Shown: piece by piece, positions 61,285 to 64,000 of the stretch
Numbering within the stretch: position 1 is the first letter of the stretch
Layout of the letters: the number at the start of each line of letters is the position of its first letter
Assembly: GCF_964194025.1 (NCBI RefSeq)
Contig: NC_134469.1
Location: forward strand, 3,534,001-3,598,000
Direction of reading: 5' to 3'
Length of the DNA stretch: 64,000 nucleotides
Source: Convolutriloba macropyga
Lineage: Eukaryota
Program-made: the position numbers and the translations under genes
Notes under the pieces: generated by a model
The model's database searches: none
What the model was told of the DNA's origin: nothing
Seen by the model: only the letters and a program-made list of their open reading frames with translations

Positions 61285-61858
61285 TTACCCTTAATTTTAA
61301 ATCTCACCATTATCTTTAATGAGCGTCTGTAGAATTTATGAGCATTGCTGTTGAACTGGTAATTATGATGACGTTAATCATCCAATTTTTTTTATCAGAT
61401 TCAAAACAACGGGTTTTGCTAACTGATTGTAAATAATGCCTGCTTCAGTTCTTTTTATATCTATAATTAAACCAGGCATTCAAAATCTCGACAGCTTCAA
61501 TTAACTGCTGTTTACAAACTTCCTTTGATGGCCATATAAATATTGTATTAACTTGTATTGCACAGCTTGAAGATAATTCGCAGACATCATCGTATTTTTT
61601 CACCGTTTTTGAATGAAACGATTTCGACTATTCACAAAGACTAGTTCTGTGTTCGAGCTTCATCTCAACTTACAAGCCTAAGGAACTATACCAATACACT
61701 ATCAGATATAGCTCTCGGGTTTAGTCATCATTTATGCCCCTTTTTTTCTGTTTTTATTCCTCAAGGCTTCATCTTGCCAGTCAAGTTGACGTTGAACAAG
61801 CTAAGTTTACTCAAATTGTTTTACACTTCACTGTCTAATGCACAATTAAAATTTTACA

Positions 61859-62221
61859 TAGTCAGTCCCATAAAGTTACAACGCTATCGAACGTTTCAAA
61901 GGTCGAAGTTCAAATATAAAACATGCAGATATGTATAGTCTGTCCCATAAAGTTAAAATAAGCGAACGTTCGAAAAACGCCAAAAACGTGCAATTGAGCT
62001 TCGAGTGCTTATTTGAATGTCAACGTTTTCTCAAAATTTTCATTCATCAATTTTTTCTACATGTTTTAAATTTGAAGTTTGACCTTGGAAATCTAATTTG
62101 TGGCTTTTGAAACGTTCGCTTATTACAACTTTATGGGACACGCTGTAGCAAAACACTGCCCATTTGCATGCCCCGAGCTTTTCGAACGTTCTCCTGCGTT
62201 GCAATTTTACGGACTTACTAT
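61859..62221. mobile_element. Nested Tc1/mariner-like MITEs (inner 61936-62145 with TA flanks)
   Basis: Inner TIR tagtctgtcccataaagtt..aataagcgaacgtt / aacgttcgcttatt..aactttatgggacacgctg flanked by TA; the outer pair has related termini (tagtcagtcccataaagttacaacgc / gcgttgcaattttacggacttacta). Confidence 0.65.
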
Positions 62222-64000
62222 AGCTTGACCTTTCGAACATTATGTAACTGCATACTCACGGATTCTTCTCAAACGCGTAGTTTGCCGCAAGTGTGAACCC
62301 CATGAACTGACAGGTGCCTCCATTATTAATCAGTGCCTTCACTTTTTCAGCATGCTCGTTATTTGCATACGTCACAAAACTAAAATGCAACATTTTCAAA
62401 CTCCGTCAGTTTTCAACCGTACTAGTAGCTGGTAGGTAGTGATACTCAATTTTGCTTCCAAAAACTTCAGTGTTTAAGTCGTAAGCAGAATTTCAGCTGA
62501 GTCGTTATAAGTTCGTCCACAATGATACCCATATTGAAAGCTAAGCAATTTCAAAGAAAAACTTCTCAGTCAGATCAACCCATATTATAACTGGCATATT
62601 TAGGTCGCTTGATAACTGCCAAATAATTGGAGGTTCACTTAACCTCTTCGGAGGAACTTCTTTAATGACTTTCAAAACACTTTCAATCACCAGCACCAAC
62701 ACTTAACACGATTGACTACTGAAACCGCCTTACAAACCTGAACTATAACGATTTTCAGACAAGTAAGAAAGCACAAAAATTTGAAACAAGTATAAGACGC
62801 ACATCTCTCCACGAAGACCTCCATTTACTATTTTTACTTCTCAGAAAAAAACCAAAACGAGATTAACTCTCGCTATTAGTATGGAGAATTTTCTGACGAG
62901 TACGGCACTTAATTCCTAGGAATTTGTTGCTAAGATTATGATTCAAATATGAATTTGAAATTAAAGTTCACCAGAACAGCACAAAATATGGAAAATATTA
63001 TATATTACTGCCTGAAGGGCATCCCAAAGAGACTTATGTCTCGTCAAGTGGGTAGCCCCGACGTATATTGGAGGGGATGGGACCTAAAGCATGTGCAAAA
63101 ATATCTACGTTTTGATTTTCAATGTAACGGAAAAAATTTTTAATGAAAATATTTAACTGATGGCGGTTCATTTTAACTATATTAACAGGTATTAGGTTGT
63201 TTTCAGCTGCATAATTGTGAGCCAAAATGAGCGTTGGTAGTTGAGATTTTTTCCTGTTTCTTTATGAAATCGTTTGCTTGCTAAAATTCCCTTTGTGGTA
63301 TTCCCAGTTTTCCATCTGGCAAAAAGTTCTTCTTTATTAAGCAAGCTATGAACAGGTTTGTCTGCAAGTTGCAAAAAAAGTTCTCGAGTAATTTAAATTT
63401 GGTCATTGACTGAACCGAATCAAATTTCCGTTTCAAAAAAATTGCTCGAAATATCCTTTTTTTTGCGAATTAATAACGATCAATATTGATCAATTAACGA
63501 TCAAGATTGTTTTAGTTGTAAAACCGTAATCAAAAAGACGATAAGCGTAGTATCACAGAATTGACAGAACTTTCACAAAAAAATAATGGTTTTTTGGAAA
63601 AAAAAGTATTGGTTTTTTGTAAAGTAGTATCTTGCTTTGTACAAAACTACGCAGCTTGCTCATCTGTTTGGTTACATTTTTGACATAGCTCAGTACGGTT
63701 TAAGATTTCATTGTTGTATCTTAAGTATTGAAATCCATTCTACTTCTCTCAACACAAACATTTTGCTAACCAACTACTTCATGAAACATGATAACCATAA
63801 TAGTCACATTTTTTTCGGAAAAAATCTATGTTAAGGTCGTACTAACTGTATACATATATCACTAATAGGTGTTTTTCTTCTACTGGAATCAGACACTTGC
63901 ATTCTGAGCGATATATGACTGACCTCCAAAAAGCTAAAGATAACTCTCGTTTAAGACGTAGAGCTGGAAAAATTTTCTAAACAGCCATTAGAGTCAAGCA

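Noticed and set aside
62949-63374. Short ORFs as transposase or viral remnants
   Set aside because: No convincing motif found by eye.
1-64000. CRISPR arrays, tRNA/rRNA genes, prokaryotic operons
   Set aside because: The sequence is eukaryotic (spliceosomal introns, LTR and non-LTR elements); no repeat-spacer array or recognisable tRNA/rRNA was seen, though no covariance search was run.

Overview
AT-rich, repeat-dense animal genomic DNA (probably an invertebrate) with a 200-N scaffold gap at 57460-57659. There are two host genes in divergent orientation. One is the first three coding exons of an INF2-like formin (GBD/FH3-DID domain, minus strand, 17051-7237), continuing beyond the window start. 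The other is an intact single-exon 1117-aa ZSWIM4/5/6-family gene (plus strand, 44271-47624). Much of the remainder is transposon-derived: a decaying BEL/Pao LTR element (1-5872, -); an old, internally deleted Ty3/Gypsy element with both LTRs and a 5-bp TSD (18842-22917, +); a patchwork of old CR1/L2-like LINE fragments and local duplications (about 24-33.7 kb); several Helentron/HINE-like elements; GGATCT-ended MITEs with 8-bp TSDs; and a Penelope-type minimal hammerhead motif (42661-42706). The most unusual structure is a CRE-like (RT plus restriction-like endonuclease) non-LTR retrotransposon cluster at 33.7-42.5 kb. Its longest copy has an N-terminal PHD-like finger and is directly preceded by an SGNH-esterase ORF. 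Its 3' UTR has an internal (TA)n tract and a G-U-rich terminal hairpin. It has been tandemly amplified between (TA)n tracts, and both sequence lineages have lost the RT YADD motif by different deletions. All calls were made by eye from motifs; no searches or alignments were run.
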